Assembly: GCA_964016885.1 (NCBI GenBank)
Contig: OZ024745.1
Coordinates: 96,472,001-96,536,000, forward strand
Reading direction: 5' to 3'
DNA length: 64,000 bases
Source of the DNA: Eledone cirrhosa
Lineage: Eukaryota
Shown here: positions 63,368-64,000 of the stretch, one piece after another
Position numbering within the stretch: position 1 is the first letter of the stretch
How the letters are laid out: every line of letters starts with the position of its first letter
Made by a program: the position numbers and the translations under genes
The notes under the pieces: model-generated
Database searches by the model: none
Told to the model about the DNA's origin: nothing
The model's input: the letters and a program-made list of their open reading frames with translations, nothing else

Positions 63368-64000
63368 ATATATATATATATAGTTAGAGAAAGGGGAATG
63401 AAGGAGGAGACATTTTTTCATGAAGATAGTTGATAATTATTTTGCTTCGGTTTTTGGTTAGTTGTACAACTCTCCCTTGTGTCTTGGAACAACATTTTTT
63501 TTACAATATTTGCAAATCTAAAGCTATTATTATTAAGCATAGCTTAGCCTCAGCCTGAAGTATTTCGAAACTAGGGCAAATATACAATATGCTCGTTGGA
63601 AATCAATGCAAACTGGATCAGGAATGCAACATGAAATACATAGATCCAAATTCTATCAATTTGAATATTTAGATTCCATATTTCCCTAAGTAGTGTTAAC
63701 CACAATGACTACTATAATGATGATGATGATGGTTAAGCCAATGATATATACGTAGAAAATCAAATTTGTCTTAAGTATATTTTCTCTACTCCATTTTCAC
63801 ATCCTTACTCTTATTATGAATAGCGCGCAGGAATGCAAGAACCTTTATAGAAAAAAAATCGATGAGGATTGCTGTACAATTTCTTAGATAAATATAGGAT
63901 TATAGATATTTGGAAATATTTCATCTGTTAACCTCATCCCTACCGAGTTGTAAAACAGAACATTTTGAAAGGTTTGAAGGTTGTTTAATATCAGTCGCCG

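Overview
Eukaryotic, AT- and microsatellite-rich DNA made almost entirely of retroelements. I found no host gene. The SINE motifs and microsatellite load resemble a cephalopod (octopus-like) genome, which is an inference. (1) 1-30.9 kb is a head-to-tail, plus-strand array of six L1-clade, Tx1-like non-LTR retrotransposons from three families, in the order C-B, then D-D-C-B. They encode a zinc-knuckle ORF1 and an APE-RT-CCHC ORF2, and nearly every junction is a (TATC)n tract. (2) 34.8-51.3 kb and 58-61 kb form a (TA)n-rich nest. It holds a Penelope-like element (RT + GIY-YIG, with an in-frame TGA at a Cys-like position) with an inverted pLTR, a 5'-inverted RTE fragment and tRNA-derived SINEs. 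It also holds about 15 hammerhead-ribozyme (HHR) motifs read by eye, many in both arms of fold-back palindromes (arms about 55-725 bp) or in a 340-bp retrozyme-like unit. (3) 52-58 kb holds two 5'-truncated Tx1-like elements with (ATT)n ends, tail-to-tail with an R4/Dong-like restriction-like-endonuclease fragment. The best candidates for undescribed biology are the HHR fold-back element population and the (TATC)n-associated Tx1 families with covarying UTR structures. Coordinates were counted by hand and may be off by a few bases.
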